Both the position numbers and the translations under genes were made by a program. A stretch of DNA of 64,000 bases from Ignavibacteria bacterium UBA2373 (GTDB taxonomy: Bacteria > Bacteroidota > Ignavibacteria > Kapaibacteriales > UBA961), in NCBI GenBank assembly GCA_002344005.1, contig DDTD01000043.1, positions 1,746 to 65,745 on the forward strand. Reading direction: 5' to 3'. Shown one piece after another: positions 37,497 to 49,668 of this stretch (position 1 is its first letter; the number at the start of each line of letters is the position of its first letter). Under the pieces are notes generated by a model. It was not told where the DNA came from, did no database searches, and saw only the letters and a program-made list of their open reading frames with translations.

Positions 37497-37729
37497 CCCA
37501 GGGGCATACATACACACCACAACAAGGGCAGAGGGGCAAAGTCAAAACTTGCCCCTCATTATTTACAATTTTGCGGATTGTGCATTTATTCTTTAGTTCA
37601 TTGTAAGCCGAATAAATCATTTTACAAGTTCATGAACAGTAGTTTGTGACCTTTGTTAGAACATCCTAGGGGAACACATACACACCATCACAACGAGGGC
37701 AGAGGGGCAAGGCGCAAGTCTTAGCCCCT
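37497..37729 (+). repeat. two copies (37497-37558 and 37666-37729) of a structured element of about 63 nt, each ending in a strong hairpin
   Basis: Both copies share the core ccYAGGGG-A-ACATACACACCA-CACAAC-AGGGCAGAGGGGCAA. Copy 1 ends in a perfect 9-bp stem (gaggggcaa/ttgcccctc) with a 9-nt loop, followed by a U-rich tract. Confidence 0.6.
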
Positions 37730-38021
37730 TATGTCTTTTGTATCACAATTGTTGAGCATCGGATAATCTTTTTACTTTGCAGCAGAAGTACTTAGATCAT
37801 CGAGATGAACTAGTAATGACCGATTCTGTACTATTCGCAGTTTCTTATTTTCCGCGATAGCAGAGTGTTGTATGTGCATCAGCTTGCTGATTTTTTTACC
37901 TTATATAGCTTCATGTAAGTGTTTTCATTTTCCACTAGATCATCCGCCAACAGCAAACGGATAGCAGGAGGGCAGCATTAAACTTTGTAAATTTGCATAT
38001 ATAGTCACTTAAAAATGAGCA

Positions 38022-39335
38022 ATGAAAACAAAAACACATGTCACAGACATAACAGTACCGCATAAAGTGTCCATTATTACATTGGGGTGTAGTAAGAACA
38101 CTGTGGACTCGGAAATCCTTACAGGTCATTTGCAATTCAACAATTTTCAGATGGTAAACAATGTTGATGATGCAGATACTCTTATCATCAATACATGCGG
38201 TTTTATAGATGCTGCAAAAGAGGAAAGTGTCAATACAATCATCGAAGCAGCCCAATTGAAAGAACGCGGCAAACTGAAAACTTTGGTCGTAGCAGGTTGC
38301 TTATCCGAACGATATGGGGAGGAGTTGAAGCAAGAAATTCCTGAAGTTGATCATTTTTTTGGTACGGAAGCGTATGAGAATATTCTGAAAGCCTTATCAC
38401 CTGATCTCAAATATAATTTATTGGGTGAAAGAGTCTTATCTACTCCTAAGCATTATGCTTATGTGAAGATTTCTGAAGGATGTGATCATCCGTGTTCCTT
38501 TTGTGCCATACCTTTAATGCGCGGTGGTCATCGTTCTCGTTCAGCAGAAGACATAGTCGCCGAAGTGAGTGCTTTAACACGTCGTGGCGTAAAGGAATTT
38601 GTTCTTGTTGGGCAAGATTTGACATATTATGGTAAAGACATATCCGGTCAGAGGACTCTATCAGACTTGCTTCGTCGTTTAAGTGATATACAAGGTGTAG
38701 AGTGGATTCGTTTGATGTATGCTTACCCGGCTCATTTTCCTAAAGATATTTTGCCTGTAATTGCTGAACGTTCAAATATCTGCAATTATCTTGATATGCC
38801 TATGCAGCATATTTCTACTAATGTTCTAAAATCCATGCGTCGCGGAATCACGCGAAGAGCATTAGAAGAGTTAATCGGCGATATTCGTTCCGCTGTTCCC
38901 TCTATTACGTTACGATCTACTTTCATTGTCGGGTATCCCAATGAGACACAGGCAGATTTTGATGAGTTATGCGATTTTGTTTCAACAGTACAATTAGACC
39001 GACTTGGAGTGTTTACATATTCTCAGGAAGATGATACCTATGCGCATATTTTGGGTGATCCTATAAGTGCAGAGGAAAAAGAGGCAAGGAAGAAACACAT
39101 AATGTCTTTACAAAAGGATATATCATATCAAAAAAATCTTGACAAAATTGGAACAAGAGTGAAGGTATTGGTAGAAGAAGAAGTGAATGGTGAATATCAG
39201 GGGCGAACAGAGGCAGATGCGCCTGAAGTAGATAATGAAATTTTCATTCGCTCGGCTCGCCCATTGACATTAGGTGAATTTGTGGAGGTCGAAATTGAGG
39301 ATGCTTCTGAATTTGATTTATTCGCGAGTCTTTAA
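38022..39335 (+). CDS. rimO: MiaB-family radical-SAM methylthiotransferase, probably the ribosomal protein S12 methylthiotransferase RimO
   Basis: An N-terminal MTTase domain (LGCSKN), a radical-SAM motif (CDHPCSFCAIP) and a C-terminal TRAM domain are present. Confidence 0.75.
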   Translation: MKTKTHVTDITVPHKVSIITLGCSKNTVDSEILTGHLQFNNFQMVNNVDDADTLIINTCGFIDAAKEESVNTIIEAAQLKERGKLKTLVVAGCLSERYGEELKQEIPEVDHFFGTEAYENILKALSPDLKYNLLGERVLSTPKHYAYVKISEGCDHPCSFCAIPLMRGGHRSRSAEDIVAEVSALTRRGVKEFVLVGQDLTYYGKDISGQRTLSDLLRRLSDIQGVEWIRLMYAYPAHFPKDILPVIAERSNICNYLDMPMQHISTNVLKSMRRGITRRALEELIGDIRSAVPSITLRSTFIVGYPNETQADFDELCDFVSTVQLDRLGVFTYSQEDDTYAHILGDPISAEEKEARKKHIMSLQKDISYQKNLDKIGTRVKVLVEEEVNGEYQGRTEADAPEVDNEIFIRSARPLTLGEFVEVEIEDASEFDLFASL

Positions 39336-39878
39336 CTCTGATGGTAATAAAGTTAAGATTTTATTACAGATATAGGCAAAAGTAAAGCCGAATGTGGTGC
39401 CAACCAAGCCACCACCAAGTATATCGGAGGGGTAGTGGACACCGACAAAAATGCGAGAGAGAGAAACCATAGTACAAAAAAATGCTATATATGGGATATA
39501 TCTGCCACGCACTCCAATGAGAAAAGTTATGATGGCAAAATTATTTGCAGCATGTGATGATGGAAAGGAATAACCCGTGCCGCACGGTACAAGTAAATGG
39601 ACATTCGGTAGTGTGTGGCATGGTCGAGGGCGAGATAGTAAATCCTTAATAAAAATGCTGTTAATCCAATCGGTCAGACCTAATGTCAAGGCGAGCGATA
39701 CGATAATGATAAATGAAACAATCGGTTTTTTATATGTGAATATACTTCCAATAATCATGGCTATGTATAGCCACCAGATATTCCGCAGCTCTGTAATAAA
39801 CGGCATGACGCTGTCAAAAATCGGGTTGGCAAGAGAGTTGTTGATAAAGTAAAAAAGCGAAACGTCAAGTGTAATCAT
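39318..39878 (-). CDS. PAP2-family phosphatase (undecaprenyl-diphosphatase-like)
   Basis: The KxxxxxxRP, PSSH and SRxxxxxHxxxD motifs are present. Its 3' end overlaps the convergent rimO gene by 18 bp. Confidence 0.8.
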   Translation of the reverse strand: MITLDVSLFYFINNSLANPIFDSVMPFITELRNIWWLYIAMIIGSIFTYKKPIVSFIIIVSLALTLGLTDWINSIFIKDLLSRPRPCHTLPNVHLLVPCGTGYSFPSSHAANNFAIITFLIGVRGRYIPYIAFFCTMVSLSRIFVGVHYPSDILGGGLVGTTFGFTFAYICNKILTLLPSELKTRE

Positions 39879-39948
39879 ACAGTAAGAATATTAAAAAATT
39901 GTGATACGAAAATACTCAATAATTTTAATAAATGGGTAGCATACTTTC

Positions 39949-42387
39949 ATGAACATGGATGTGGGTGTACTGGAAAAATATGAGAAAGAACTGACTTCTT
40001 TAGCTCAATTAGTTGTCTCTAATCCAATGGATGCCAAGCAATCGGCATTGGAAGTAATACATGAGCTACGGCAATTGCGTTCTTTACCCAAAAAGAACAT
40101 TCAAACAACGTTGGCACGTGCCTATTCAATAATTACCACCGCCGAAATACGTTTAGGTGAATATGATAATGCTTTGAAATCTGCCGAAATCACCCTTGAT
40201 TTATATACATATCTCAACAAAAAAGAAGGTGTTGCACGTTCATATGTTAATAAAGGTATTGTTAACGGCATCATCGGCAAGCATCACCTTGCTAATGAGT
40301 TATTCAATCAAGCACTGCCCTTATTTCGAGAATGTGGTGATAAATCTCGCGAAGCACAAACATTGGTTTTCATTGGTAATACTTTTGCCGGCTTAGGCGA
40401 TTATGCTTCTGCGTTGCGTCAATATAATTTGGGCTTATACATAAATCAAGAAATACAAGACAAACAAGGTATAAGTGATGCGTTGGTAAATTTAGGATTA
40501 AGTTTCCAACGTATGGGTGAATTTACGAAAGCCATCGACTATTACAATCAATCATTTTCTCTAAAACGTGAAATTGGCGATATATTTGGTGAAGCGCGCG
40601 TATTACAAAATATTGCAACCATTCACTTATCGCAAGGACAATTTGCCGATGCAGTAAAAATACTCAATGAATGTAAAACTATTTTTGAGAATATCAAGGA
40701 TAAACAAGGATTGAGTATGGTGCATACCAATATTGGTGCTGCACATTTACGTTTAGGTGATTATTCACGAGCAATGGTGAATTTTGAATCTGCGTTAACA
40801 ATTCAAAAAGAAATAGGGGATACTGTAGGGGAAGCCCGTTCTCTTGCGTATTTGGGGAGTACTTTTTTACGTTTAAAAGATAATCAAGGAGCAATTGAAA
40901 AATATCAAAGGGCTTTAGAATTACAGAAAAAAAATTCTGATACATCAACAATTTCACAAACACTCTTAGGTTTAGGATCAGCGTATCTGGAGGATGAACA
41001 ATACGATAATGCCCAAGAGTGTTTTTCACAAAGTCTTACATATCAACAGTCTGCGGGAGATCGCTTCGGTGCATCGCGTTCCTTAGGTAATTTATGCCGT
41101 ATTTGTTTGCAAAGATTAGATTATGAAAAAGCTCTTGAATACTTGCAACAAGCCATGATTTTTCATAAACAGTTAAGTGATAGAGAAGGTGAAGCGGAAT
41201 CACTTATTTATTTAGGTGAATTATCGGAGAAAGTTCCGGAACAAGTGCTTGTGTTTTCAGGGCAATATGAGATGTATAGTATAGATGAAATATCTGAAGT
41301 TATTTACAAACAAGCATTAGGAATTGCGCAAGACATAGGATCAAAAAATATTGAACAATCTGCATTTTCTCATCTATCAGAACTATATGAACAAAGAGGT
41401 CAATACAAAGAATCATTTGAATATTTTAAGAAAAGCTTAGAAATAGAGCGTAGTATTTCAAATACTGAAACTTCGGAAAAAATGGCATTTCTTCATTCTG
41501 TATTTGAAGCAGAGCAAGCAAAGAAAGAAGCCGAAATTTACAGATTACGCAATGTAGAGCTTGCCCGTCTTAATAATGAAATTATGCGACAAAGTGCGAT
41601 GTTACAAGAACAATCCATGCACATAGAAAAAACGAATAGAGAATTACGAAAAAAAAATAAATTAATGCAAGCATATTTAGTTGAAAAAGATAAAATGCTT
41701 GGTTTGGTCGCCCATGACTTGAAAAGCCCTATCTCCGGTGTTCGTATGATTGGAGAATTCATCTCTTCATCCTATAAGCAATTGGGACCTGAAATGATGT
41801 ATGAACTCGGTAATGATATTAAAAGCAGTACAAGCAGAATGTTCGACACAATTTCCAATTTATTAGAAATCCAAGAGCTTGAGGCAGGGAAGCAAAAACC
41901 TGTGATGAAAAAAATGGACTTGACGGATGCTCTTCGCTCCGCAGTTGCACAATACACTGATAAGGCTTCACTGAAAGGTATAGTAATCTGCGAGTACTAT
42001 CCTTCCACACCATGTATCGCTACTTTAGATTATATGTATTGCGTCAGGATTGTAAAAAATTTACTTTCAAATGCAATTAAGTATTCTCCTCATCATGAAA
42101 CGGTGTCAGTGGAACTTAACGTAGTGATTTCTACTTCTTCACGTAAAGGAAGAATAGCAAGAATCACAGTAAAAGACCACGGTCCCGGTATTTTATCTGA
42201 TGAAATGCCTAAACTTTTCAAAAAATTCACTAAATTGTCTGCCAGACCAACAGGAGGTGAACATTCCTCGGGTATTGGTTTATCAATCGTAAAACAAATG
42301 GTCGAATCTCAAGGTGGTAAGGTTTTTTGCGATAGTGTGCCTGAACAAGGCGCAACATTCATCGTGGAGTTCCCAATGAGCCACTAA
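39949..42387 (+). CDS. TPR-repeat sensor histidine kinase
   Basis: It has an N-terminal TPR domain of about 500 aa, then an H-box (VAHDLKSPISG) and an HATPase domain (GIGLSIVKQMVESQGG). Confidence 0.85.
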   Translation: MNMDVGVLEKYEKELTSLAQLVVSNPMDAKQSALEVIHELRQLRSLPKKNIQTTLARAYSIITTAEIRLGEYDNALKSAEITLDLYTYLNKKEGVARSYVNKGIVNGIIGKHHLANELFNQALPLFRECGDKSREAQTLVFIGNTFAGLGDYASALRQYNLGLYINQEIQDKQGISDALVNLGLSFQRMGEFTKAIDYYNQSFSLKREIGDIFGEARVLQNIATIHLSQGQFADAVKILNECKTIFENIKDKQGLSMVHTNIGAAHLRLGDYSRAMVNFESALTIQKEIGDTVGEARSLAYLGSTFLRLKDNQGAIEKYQRALELQKKNSDTSTISQTLLGLGSAYLEDEQYDNAQECFSQSLTYQQSAGDRFGASRSLGNLCRICLQRLDYEKALEYLQQAMIFHKQLSDREGEAESLIYLGELSEKVPEQVLVFSGQYEMYSIDEISEVIYKQALGIAQDIGSKNIEQSAFSHLSELYEQRGQYKESFEYFKKSLEIERSISNTETSEKMAFLHSVFEAEQAKKEAEIYRLRNVELARLNNEIMRQSAMLQEQSMHIEKTNRELRKKNKLMQAYLVEKDKMLGLVAHDLKSPISGVRMIGEFISSSYKQLGPEMMYELGNDIKSSTSRMFDTISNLLEIQELEAGKQKPVMKKMDLTDALRSAVAQYTDKASLKGIVICEYYPSTPCIATLDYMYCVRIVKNLLSNAIKYSPHHETVSVELNVVISTSSRKGRIARITVKDHGPGILSDEMPKLFKKFTKLSARPTGGEHSSGIGLSIVKQMVESQGGKVFCDSVPEQGATFIVEFPMSH

Positions 42388-42418
42388 TTTTTATAATAAT
42401 CATCTCGTGGAGCGTAGA

Positions 42419-44485
42419 ATGATGAAAAAGTTACTTGTTAGTCTCATCTTTTTTCTGTGTTGGACCAAAGTTGGCGCACAGGACTTGGTATCAACACAAA
42501 AGTTAAATAGGACGGTGGTGCTTGAAGATTTTACGGGCGTTCGCTGTGGCTATTGTCCCGAAGGTCATGTCATAGCGGCTGACATCAAGAAAAACAGCCC
42601 TGTCGGAAGTGTAATACTTATTAATATCCATGTAGGACCTTTTGCCAATCCAATGGATGGTTATCCTGATTTTACGACACCCTTCGGAGATGGATTGCGT
42701 GAACTGGCAATCGTCTCGAGCTATCCGTCTGCTACTGTCAACCGCCATAAATTTGATCCTGCGGTGGCTACAACAGGACTATCGCGCAATGCGTGGGCTA
42801 ATGCGGCAGCAGAAATGCGAAAAACCGCATCCCCGGTTAATGTTGGGGTCCAATCAACCTTTGATCCTGCGACTCGATTACTTACCGTCAATGTTGAAGG
42901 TTATTATACAGACGATGTAAAAGAAAAAACAAATTATGTGCACGTTGTATTGAAAGAAAGTAAAATTATTGCTATTCAGTTAGATTACACAAATGGAACA
43001 CAACAGAATTATAGCCATGACAATATGTTGCGTCACATGCTTACCGGTTTGTGGGGCGATACGATTAATTCTCCTAAAAAAAGTACTCTTGTAAAAAAAC
43101 AATATACATACACAGTACCTGATTCGTTTAATATTGAAAACTGTGAAATCGCAGCCTTTATTTCGCAAACTAAGCAAGAAATTTATTCCGGTGCCGAAGT
43201 GAAAGCAAATGGTGGAAAAACAATTGTATTAGGTACATTAACAACTCAAGATAATATTATAGTCTCCGGAACACAAGACCAAGAAAAACCATTTAGTTTT
43301 ACTTTAAAAAATACCCAAAAAGAAAAATCTACATTAACTGTTTCACTTGTTTCTCAGCACCCGGATGATTGGAAATCCCAAATAGGTGCTGAAACCGGAA
43401 CGACCACAATAAAAGTTGATATAGAAGCAGGTCAAGAATATACTATCCCCATAAAAATTACTCCGGGATTAAGTGCTGCAGTCGGTCATTATACTGTCAA
43501 AGTAACTTCGGAAATATATCCCCAAGCATTTGAATTACGTAAGGATATATATGTGATTGCCAATGCGAATGAATTGTTGATAAATCATACAGATGCACAA
43601 AAATTTGAAGAGGTGTATGTATCCGCAATAAAAAAATCAGGAAGTAGCAATGCTGCATCTACAAATGCGGAAATTCTTGTTGATTTAATGAATAATAATG
43701 CTCTAAAATCTATTAAAACAATATATTACAATGTTTCTTGGTCATTTCCTGCTATGTCCGATAATACCGCTTTGGCACTACAATCCGCGATAGATGAGGG
43801 TGTGCATTTGTTTATAGCAGGACAGGATATTGCATGGGATATAGGATCAACAGACACAAGAGCGCATGGAACGCCTGTGACCAAATCTTTTTTAAGAAAT
43901 TATATGAATGCTCTGTATATTTCTGACGGTGACAGTACAATAACAGATATGTCAATGAATATAGAAGATCCGATTTTCGGTGATTTGGGCAAATCCTCAA
44001 TTATTGATGTTCATAATAAGAATCTGTATCCTGAAGTAGTTCGCCCATTGAACGGAGCATATCCGATTATTCAATATGAAGGAGATCATGAAGGTAAAAT
44101 TGGTGGAATACGAAGTGATAATCATCCGGGTAAAGTTGTGTATCTGGGAATAGGTTTAGAGCAATTTGCTAATAAGGAATTAGCAGAAAGTATTGTAAAA
44201 AGAAGCAGAGAATGGTTTGCAGGAACGGTATCTGTCAATGAAGAATCTACAGCCAATTCTCCGATACTTACTCCTGTACCTGTAATGGGAGCCATGACAG
44301 TGACATTACCTTTCGACGGTACTGTATATATTTTTAATACATCAGGCGAAAAAGTAGCAGAATTTATCTGTAATAATACGGTTACATTATCTGTAGAATC
44401 TTTTTCATCAGGTATGTACACAATGATTGCATTGGAAAATGAAGGCACGAAAACTCTTCATAAGACTTTTCCTATAATACGATAA
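42419..44485 (+). CDS. Omp28-related thioredoxin-fold protein with a T9SS C-terminal sorting domain
   Basis: It has a signal peptide and a CxxC motif (VRCGYCPEGH). The C-terminus (YIFNTSGEKVAEF...SGMYTMIALENEGTKTLHKTFPIIR) matches the T9SS C-terminal domain. The ORF track starts at GTG 42407. Confidence 0.6.
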   Translation: MMKKLLVSLIFFLCWTKVGAQDLVSTQKLNRTVVLEDFTGVRCGYCPEGHVIAADIKKNSPVGSVILINIHVGPFANPMDGYPDFTTPFGDGLRELAIVSSYPSATVNRHKFDPAVATTGLSRNAWANAAAEMRKTASPVNVGVQSTFDPATRLLTVNVEGYYTDDVKEKTNYVHVVLKESKIIAIQLDYTNGTQQNYSHDNMLRHMLTGLWGDTINSPKKSTLVKKQYTYTVPDSFNIENCEIAAFISQTKQEIYSGAEVKANGGKTIVLGTLTTQDNIIVSGTQDQEKPFSFTLKNTQKEKSTLTVSLVSQHPDDWKSQIGAETGTTTIKVDIEAGQEYTIPIKITPGLSAAVGHYTVKVTSEIYPQAFELRKDIYVIANANELLINHTDAQKFEEVYVSAIKKSGSSNAASTNAEILVDLMNNNALKSIKTIYYNVSWSFPAMSDNTALALQSAIDEGVHLFIAGQDIAWDIGSTDTRAHGTPVTKSFLRNYMNALYISDGDSTITDMSMNIEDPIFGDLGKSSIIDVHNKNLYPEVVRPLNGAYPIIQYEGDHEGKIGGIRSDNHPGKVVYLGIGLEQFANKELAESIVKRSREWFAGTVSVNEESTANSPILTPVPVMGAMTVTLPFDGTVYIFNTSGEKVAEFICNNTVTLSVESFSSGMYTMIALENEGTKTLHKTFPIIR

Positions 44486-44504
44486 TGCTTTTTTCACAAT
44501 TGCG

Positions 44505-44957
44505 GTGGATGGTATTACTATCACCGCATTTTTTTTATTTATTATGGTACAAATTTTTGCAGAATATGAAGGTAATTTGAAGGTTGCTCTTCAGCATGAA
44601 CCTTCCCAAAGTTCTCTCCATACATCAGCCCCCAAAGATAATCAAGGTCTGGGCGATGATTTTTCTCCAACAGACTTGTTGGCAACCTCATTACTTTCTT
44701 GTATGATAACTCTTATGGGTATTGAAGCGCGTCGCCGTTCGCTTGATATTTCCGGCACAAAGGGTCGAATTGAAAAGCACATGGTAGCTGATCCGTTCAG
44801 ACGCATCGGAACATTGGTCGTCAATGTTGATGTGAATGGCACGATGTCTGAAGAAGATACAAAAGCACTAAGATATGTTGCAGAAAACTGCCCTGTGCGT
44901 AAGTCAATATCCGATTCTATTGTGGTAGAAACAACATATAGTTTTCGGCAACTATAA
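44505..44957 (+). CDS. OsmC/Ohr family peroxiredoxin-like protein
   Basis: The OsmC fold motifs are present (SPTDLLATSLLSCM, AENCPV). The true start may be the internal Met at 44544. Confidence 0.7.
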   Translation: MDGITITAFFLFIMVQIFAEYEGNLKVALQHEPSQSSLHTSAPKDNQGLGDDFSPTDLLATSLLSCMITLMGIEARRRSLDISGTKGRIEKHMVADPFRRIGTLVVNVDVNGTMSEEDTKALRYVAENCPVRKSISDSIVVETTYSFRQL

Positions 44958-45126
44958 TCTGATATGATGATGAATTTCAGTTGAAGGAAAGAAGAATCTA
45001 AGTGGTCACGAATGCGTGATTTCGCTTATAGAAGGAGTTCTTGAAGTTTAAGCTGTAATTCATGCGGTCACGCGAAGAAAAATCCGTATTTTTGCATCCG
45101 ATTTGCAGCAGTTTTATACACTTTTA

Positions 45127-47634
45127 AGTTTGAGTATGGCGATTACTTCCGAGCGAATCCAGCAGGTGATGATGGAACAAGAAATGCGGGATTCCTATCT
45201 TGATTATTCCATGTCGGTAATTGTGTCGCGTGCATTGCCTGATGTCCGTGATGGACTTAAGCCCGTGCACCGTCGTATCTTATATGCAATGTCCGAATTA
45301 GGACTATTGCCCAATCGTCCTTACAAAAAGTCAGCGCGTCTTGTAGGGGAGGTTCTCGGTAAATTTCACCCGCATGGTGATAGCTCTGTTTATGATGCAA
45401 TGGTGCGTTTGGCTCAAGAGTGGTCAATGCGTTATACTTTGGTTGATGGACAAGGTAATTATGGTTCTATTGACGGCGACCCACCCGCAGCAATGCGTTA
45501 TACCGAGACCCGTTTAGCACATATTGCAATGGAAGCATTGCGTGATATAGATAAAGATACCGTAGATTTTCGACCAAATTTTGATGAATCTCTTGAAGAA
45601 CCAACAGTACTTCCAACTGTTTTACCAATGCTACTGGTAAATGGTTCGGGCGGTATTGCTGTGGGTATGGCAACAAACATACCTCCTCATAACTTAAGAG
45701 AAGTAATTGATGGTCTTCTGGCATTAATCAATAACCCGGAGATAACCATTCTTGAACTGATGAAACATGTAACAGCCCCTGACTTTCCTACAGGTGGTAT
45801 TATATATGGTTATGAAGGCGTAAAGGATGCTTATGAGACTGGAAGAGGTAGAGTCTTAGTCCGTGCTAAAGCGGTTATTGAGCAAACCAAAACTAAAGAA
45901 CAGATTATCATTTCTGAATTACCATATCAAGTACAAAAAGCGGGATTGATTGAAAAAATTGCCACGCTTGTGCGTCATAAAACTCTTGAAGGTATTTCGG
46001 ATATTCGTGATGAATCGGATCGCGACGGCTTACGCATTGTTATTGAGTTGAAGCGTGATGCAGAGCCGGAAGTGGTACTCAATAATCTTTATAAGCAAAC
46101 ACAAATGCAGACAACATTTGGTGTAATAATGCTTGCATTGGTTAATGGCAGACCTCGTGTATTGACGCTTAAACAGATGATGGAAGAATTCATCAAGCAT
46201 CGTAACACAGTTATTGTTCGTCGCTGTCAGTATGAATTAAGTGCTGCTGAAAAGAGAGCACATATTTTAGAAGGCTTTATTATTGCGCTTGATAATATTG
46301 ACGAAGTCATAAAAACCATTAAAGAATCGAAAGATACTCCGACAGCTTCCTCACGATTACAGAGCAAATTCAAATTATCCGACATCCAAGCCAAAGCAAT
46401 ACTGGAAATGAGATTGCAGCGTTTAACCGGCTTGGAACGTGAAAAAATCATGAATGAGTATCGTGAAATTATTAAATTAATTGAGCAATTAAAAGCAATT
46501 TTGGCAAGTAAAGAATTGCAAATGAATATTATTGCCGAAGAGCTAACAAATCTCAAAAATAAATATGGCGATGCTCGTAGAACAGAAATAATCTATGATG
46601 CGCGTGATTTTACCCTTGAGGATATGATTGCAAATGAGGACATGATTGTCACCATATCCCATAAAGGTTTCATAAAAAGAACCGCTGTAAGTAATTATCG
46701 TCGTCAACACAAAGGAGGACGAGGATTAAATGGTGCCGGAACATACGAAGATGATTATGTTGAGCAGGTATTCATGGCTTCAACGCATCATTATTTGTTG
46801 TTCTTTACAGACAAAGGTCGCGCCTTTAAATTGCGTGTCTATGATATTCCTGAAGGTAGTCGTAATGCCAAAGGTCGTGCACTAGCAAATATTATTGAAA
46901 AAGAACAGACTGAAAAAGTGACAGCTTTTCTTGTCATTAAAGAATTTACTGATGATAAATATATTTTCATGTGTACAGAACAGGGTACAGTGAAAAAAAC
47001 TAATCTCAGTGAATTTGAAAATGTCAGAGTTAATGGTAAAATTGCTCTTACATTAGATGAAAAAGACCGTTTAATTGCTGTACGATTAACTGATGGTGAT
47101 TGTAATATTCTTATCGGATCCAAAAAAGGTCTTGCATGCAGATTTAATGAAACCGATGTTCGTTCTATGGGACGTACTGCTGCCGGTGTCAGAGGTATCA
47201 TGCTTGATAAAAAAGATCGTGTAGTTTCAATGGTAGCCACAAAACGTATTGACTCACAAGTTGTGGTTGTTGGTATTAATGGGTATGGTAAACGTACTTC
47301 TGTAGATGATTTTCGCTTAACTCGGCGCGGTGCCAAAGGTGTTATTTCTATGAATATAACCCCGAAAACAGGCGATGTTGTCTCTATTCTTGAAGTTAAC
47401 GACACCGACGATCTTGTGGTAATGACTGTTGGGGGAGTCCTTATACGTCAGCCTGTCAAAGATATTCGTGTCATTGGTAGAAATACTCAAGGTGTTCGCC
47501 TTATTCGTCTTGATGAAAAAGACAGTATTGCTGATATAACATGCGTACCTCACGAAGAAGATGACACACTACAAGAAGGTGGAGACTCCACTACTGAATC
47601 AACAGAGCCGGGACAGGAAACTCTTTCATTCTAG
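45127..47634 (+). CDS. gyrA: DNA gyrase subunit A
   Basis: The sequence [33 protein letters not shown] contains the active-site Tyr region, and C-terminal beta-pinwheel repeats are present. The ORF track starts at TTG 45103. Confidence 0.95.
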   Translation, partial: SLSMAITSERIQQVMMEQEMRDSYLDYSMSVIVSRALPDVRDGLKPVHRRILYAMSELGLLPNRPYKKSARLVGEVLGKFHPHGDSSVYDAMVRLAQEWSMRYTLVDGQGNYGSIDGDPPAAMRYTETRLAHIAMEALRDIDKDTVDFRPNFDESLEEPTVLPTVLPMLLVNGSGGIAVGMATNIPPHNLREVIDGLLALINNPEITILELMKHVTAPDFPTGGIIYGYEGVKDAYETGRGRVLVRAKAVIEQTKTKEQIIISELPYQVQKAGLIEKIATLVRHKTLEGISDIRDESDRDGLRIVIELKRDAEPEVVLNNLYKQTQMQTTFGVIMLALVNGRPRVLTLKQMMEEFIKHRNTVIVRRCQYELSAAEKRAHILEGFIIALDNIDEVIKTIKESKDTPTASSRLQSKFKLSDIQAKAILEMRLQRLTGLEREKIMNEYREIIKLIEQLKAILASKELQMNIIAEELTNLKNKYGDARRTEIIYDARDFTLEDMIANEDMIVTISHKGFIKRTAVSNYRRQHKGGRGLNGAGTYEDDYVEQVFMASTHHYLLFFTDKGRAFKLRVYDIPEGSRNAKGRALANIIEKEQTEKVTAFLVIKEFTDDKYIFMCTEQGTVKKTNLSEFENVRVNGKIALTLDEKDRLIAVRLTDGDCNILIGSKKGLACRFNETDVRSMGRTAAGVRGIMLDKKDRVVSMVATKRIDSQVVVVGINGYGKRTSVDDFRLTRRGAKGVISMNITPKTGDVVSILEVNDTDDLVVMTVGGVLIRQPVKDIRVIGRNTQGVRLIRLDEKDSIADITCVPHEEDDTLQEGGDSTTESTEPGQETLSF

Positions 47635-47679
47635 TGTTAATTATATTTTATCGAATCCTCTCTTTATTCCATGAATCTA

Positions 47680-49622
47680 TGAAGAATATTTCTTCCAATA
47701 GGGAAAAAAGAGGGGATTCATTTTTTATGTTAATACTTTTTGTATTTATGTTCTCGGTGTTTAGTAGTGCGGCATTCCCAAGTATTGATTCTACTTCATC
47801 AGCTGATACTTCACGATATTATACACCAATTTTCTATCATGGATCATATATCATACGCCAAGATAGTTCTCGCATAATATCAAAAAAAAATATTCGCCCA
47901 TCCACACAGTTCGGAATAACTGATGTTCTGCATAACACATTTTCTTCGATACCATTATCTCTTGGTGGACTGTCTTTAAATAATTCTGTTTCAATATATG
48001 GAAGCAGCAGACAAGATATAGCTTTGCGTTATAATACAAGATCCCTCACCAACACAATTCATGGCGGTATTAACTTATCTCTATTCCCGGTTGAAACTGC
48101 AGAAAGTATTGAAGTATTAACAGGCACACATGCAATAGTACTCGGAGATAATGCATCTGGTTTACTCTTAAATATTAAAGAAGGAATACATAATATATCC
48201 ACACCTTTTACGCGATTACGGTACGCTCAATCTTCCTATAACTTCGTTGCTTCCGAAGGTGAGTTTAGTCAAAATATAGCGAAAAATTGGAATATTGATG
48301 CCGGATTTCGCCGACATGTGGGAGAAGGACGATTTGCAAATACATGGATAGATATGTGGAATGTCTATGGCAAAATACGTTGGACATTACCCCGTACACA
48401 ATGGTCATTCTCCCATATATTCACAAATTACGGTACAGGTATCAATGGTGGTCTCTCCGATACAACCAACACATTCTCAGATCCCATAAATGCCAAAATA
48501 CGCTATTCCGATATGTTTGAGCGAACATATTCACATGACCTTACTTTATCTTTTTCTCGGCATAGTTCAGATACTACACTTATTCAAACGGCATCTCTCT
48601 ATTTTTCTTATGGAATAAGAAATATCGAAAAAACAATTACTTTAAATCCGTCAGCTGCTGATTCAAACAGAATTTCATCACCTATTTCACGTAATGTAGG
48701 TGCACTATACCAATTCCATAAATATTTTACCAATATCCTATCCTTGAAAATCGGAGCAGAAGCCGAAGCACAATTGATAGATAAATCTGCGTATAATTCA
48801 TCGTTTTCAGGAACTAATCTTGCCGTATTTTCACTGATGGATGTATCTGCTTCCTCGAATATACAATTGCAACCCGGGGCACGCCTTCGTCTATTTAATA
48901 ATACTGTATTTGCCAATATGGGCATAAAAATCGAATACTCTCAGCTTCCCTTTCGATTCGGTTTCGATATTTCTTTATCTTCAAGGACACCAACACTTAC
49001 AGAAGGACTTAACAATAATAGTGAACAGCATCTTTTGGGTATAGCATACTTACAATGGAAAGGGGATCGTAAAAGTCTTGGTGTTGAGCTATTTTCTCGT
49101 TCAATTTCTGATTATATATTGCAGGAACCACTTTTACGAGGGCAAACTATTGTTGGGGTATTGTCACAAAACATGGGTAATCGCACTGTAATGGGGCTAT
49201 CGGTTAATGGGCATTATGACATTGTTCAAAATGGACACTTACATGGTTCTGTGATATTGCACGACAGTAAAACAAATAGTATTAATGATAATAGATTACC
49301 ATTTTTACAAAGTATTCTTGGAGGGGAATATATTCGAGTCTTTGGACGAAGTACAGTCAAAGCCGGAATTTCCTTTCGTTTTTTCAGCTCGAATTATGGC
49401 GAACTTTTCATTCCACAAATGCAAGGAAGTATAGCAAATCAGAAAGTAAATGAAGGATTGACATATGATGGCGGTCAAGCATTTATTGGTGCACAATTGG
49501 GTAATGCATTTGTTCAATTCTCCTTACATAATATGCTTAATTCGGTGTATTGGACAACATCTCTTTATCCTGAGTTAGATAGACATTTACGTATTAGTGT
49601 TAATTGGGCATTTCTTGATTAA
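47680..49622 (+). CDS. outer-membrane beta-barrel protein with a plug-like domain resembling a TonB-dependent receptor
   Basis: It has a signal peptide (MKNISSNREKRGDSFFMLILFVFMFSVFSSAAF) and a plug-like region (AESIEVLTGTHAIVLGDNASGLLLNIK). The ORF track starts at GTG 47634. Confidence 0.5.
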
Positions 49623-49630
49623 GTATTACT

Positions 49631-49668
49631 AAAAAAAAGAATCCCCTTCAATTGAAGGGGATTCTTTT
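49631..49668. terminator. bidirectional rho-independent terminator
   Basis: A perfect 12-bp palindromic stem (gaatccccttca/tgaaggggattc) is flanked by A8 upstream and T4 downstream, between convergent genes. Confidence 0.7.

Noticed and set aside
39318-39335. 18-bp convergent overlap of the rimO and PAP2 3' ends as a regulatory feature
   Set aside because: Short convergent overlaps are common in compact genomes. Nothing else in the sequence suggests antisense regulation.
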